A DNA stretch of 63,704 bases, the filler included, from Octopus bimaculoides (taxonomy: Eukaryota): the NCBI RefSeq assembly GCF_001194135.2. It is 11 parts of 11 records of this genome, joined end to end, with 100 filler letters (N's around TTAATTAATTAA, not from the genome) between each part and the next. Parts side by side here need not be neighbours in the genome. Positions count along the whole stretch, not along the records: positions 62,412 to 63,704 come from NC_068988.1; 10 more parts are not named here. One strand, given 5' to 3'. The notes under the pieces are model-generated. The model saw only the letters and a list, made by a program, of their open reading frames with translations. It was not told the origin of the DNA and searched no databases. Position numbers and translations under genes: made by a program. Below, one piece after another: positions 62,467 to 63,704 of the stretch (position 1 is its first letter; each line of letters begins with the position of its first letter).

Positions 62467-63032
62467 TTCTATATAGATATATTTTTCACAAATTTGTTGA
62501 GAGAGACTGCAAACTTTCGATTGAGAGGTTAAACTACTGCCAAAACTTTGAATTTACAGTTAATATAACCGTAGTTTCGCTCCCAATCTTTATAATCAAT
62601 GCATACAGAAATTATATATATTAATGCAAACGGCACTTACTCACATACTTACGCGCACGCGAACACACTCACATGTACACACACGCACACACAGACAAAC
62701 TTACATATACACACACTCACACGCGCTCACACATACACATGTCAACACAGAGAAAAAGAAATAAGAGAGCAAGAGAAAAATGAAATATATACAATGAATT
62801 TATTGCGCCTAATTTGCATGATAACTCTAATGCAAAAGTGTACGTATTAATGTATATACGAAGAGCTCCCAATCTGGCACACTCACTGTTTTCACCAGTA
62901 GAAATAGGGACTCATCAAATAAGGTATGATGCAGTAATCATGGCCACGATCTGTGTATAGTGTCTATAATGTATCATCCATTTCGCGTTGAGCTTTAAAA
63001 TATATATATCTATATCTATCTATCTATCTATC

Positions 63033-63086
<54 letters not shown>

Positions 63087-63129
63087 GATGTATATACATA
63101 TGTACATATATACATACATATACATATCT

Positions 63130-63164
<35 letters not shown>

Positions 63165-63255
63165 CATATATCGGTATGACTGTAAATTACTTTCCGTAGT
63201 GGACCCTCGTTTCAGGGTTTGAAGGCATGTGGAACCACCTCTTAGCCATTATTGT

Positions 63256-63404
63256 TCTCACGTCTAATCTCACTCGGAATGGTAGAACCTGTAAGGGTCC
63301 TGGCTATGGGTTAGCTAGCAAAACCCTCGCGACTGGTGGTCCAGGGTATCGGTAGAATGCAGTCGCCGTATTCCCTGCGTGGCGTGAGAGGCAACTAAAA
63401 GGGG
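63256..63404 (+). ncRNA. Candidate pseudoknotted structured RNA, probably from a non-LTR retrotransposon 5' UTR
   Basis: Three interleaved complementarities: UCUCACGU/GCGUGAGA, AGUCGCC/GGCAACU and CCCU/AGGG. Confidence 0.4.
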
Positions 63405-63463
63405 CAGAAGCGAGGTGACTGGGACTCCTCTCCTAGTAAATTCATATTACTAAAATGATAGTA

Positions 63464-63650
63464 GGCACAAGGCCAGAAATTGGGGAAAGGAGGGGAGTTA
63501 ATTAAGTCGACCGAGTTGACTCCAGAATATGACTGGTGCATTATTTCGTTAACCATATACGAATAAAGGATAAAAGTCGACCATGATGAGTTTCAAAGTC
63601 TGAATATAAAGGGACGTAACTAAATACCACAAGATATTCAATCCAAGCTT
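63464..63650 (-). mobile_element. Old, diverged copy of the 49852-type SINE
   Basis: Remnants GGCACAAGGCCAGAAATT, AAAAGTCGAC and AAATACCAC lie in reverse order relative to 49852-50090. Confidence 0.6.
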
Positions 63651-63667
63651 TACTGTATGTGTGTGTG

Positions 63668-63704
<37 letters not shown>

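Overview
Eukaryotic (animal) non-coding-rich DNA, almost certainly an octopus draft assembly. The evidence is the dense (TA)n/(CA)n/(AAT)n/(CAT)n/(TCTA)n microsatellites, octopus-type SINEs, and C2H2 zinc-finger genes with the MENELCE...DFP leader. The window is not contiguous: ten 100-bp linkers (44 N + TTAATTAATTAA + 44 N) join 11 small scaffolds, so adjacency across them is unproven. Host genes: a partial C2H2-ZNF (36.5-37.0 kb, minus), a 9-finger ZNF disrupted by a frameshift and stops (41.4-42.2 kb, minus), a 98%-identical copy of the first gene's 3' flank predicting a third paralog, and a signal-peptide exon of an uncharacterised secreted protein (51.8-52.0 kb). The rest is mobile-element debris: mariner and maT (DD37D) transposons, a TIR/TSD-complete Chapaev3-like element, R4/Dong-like, RTE and Tx1/L1 LINE fragments, SINEs and MITEs. 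The most interesting signal is RNA-level. Several unrelated short repeat families carry minimal type I hammerhead ribozymes of the Penelope-associated kind (extra A after the core, loop-less palindromic ACGU stem III). One family fuses a tRNA-derived Pol III head, an (AAT)n linker and a hammerhead tail. Its complete copy has a 12-bp TSD and an inverted 3'-end copy, and lies sense-oriented in the inferred first intron of a ZNF gene. No computation or database search was run; family names rest on motif recognition.
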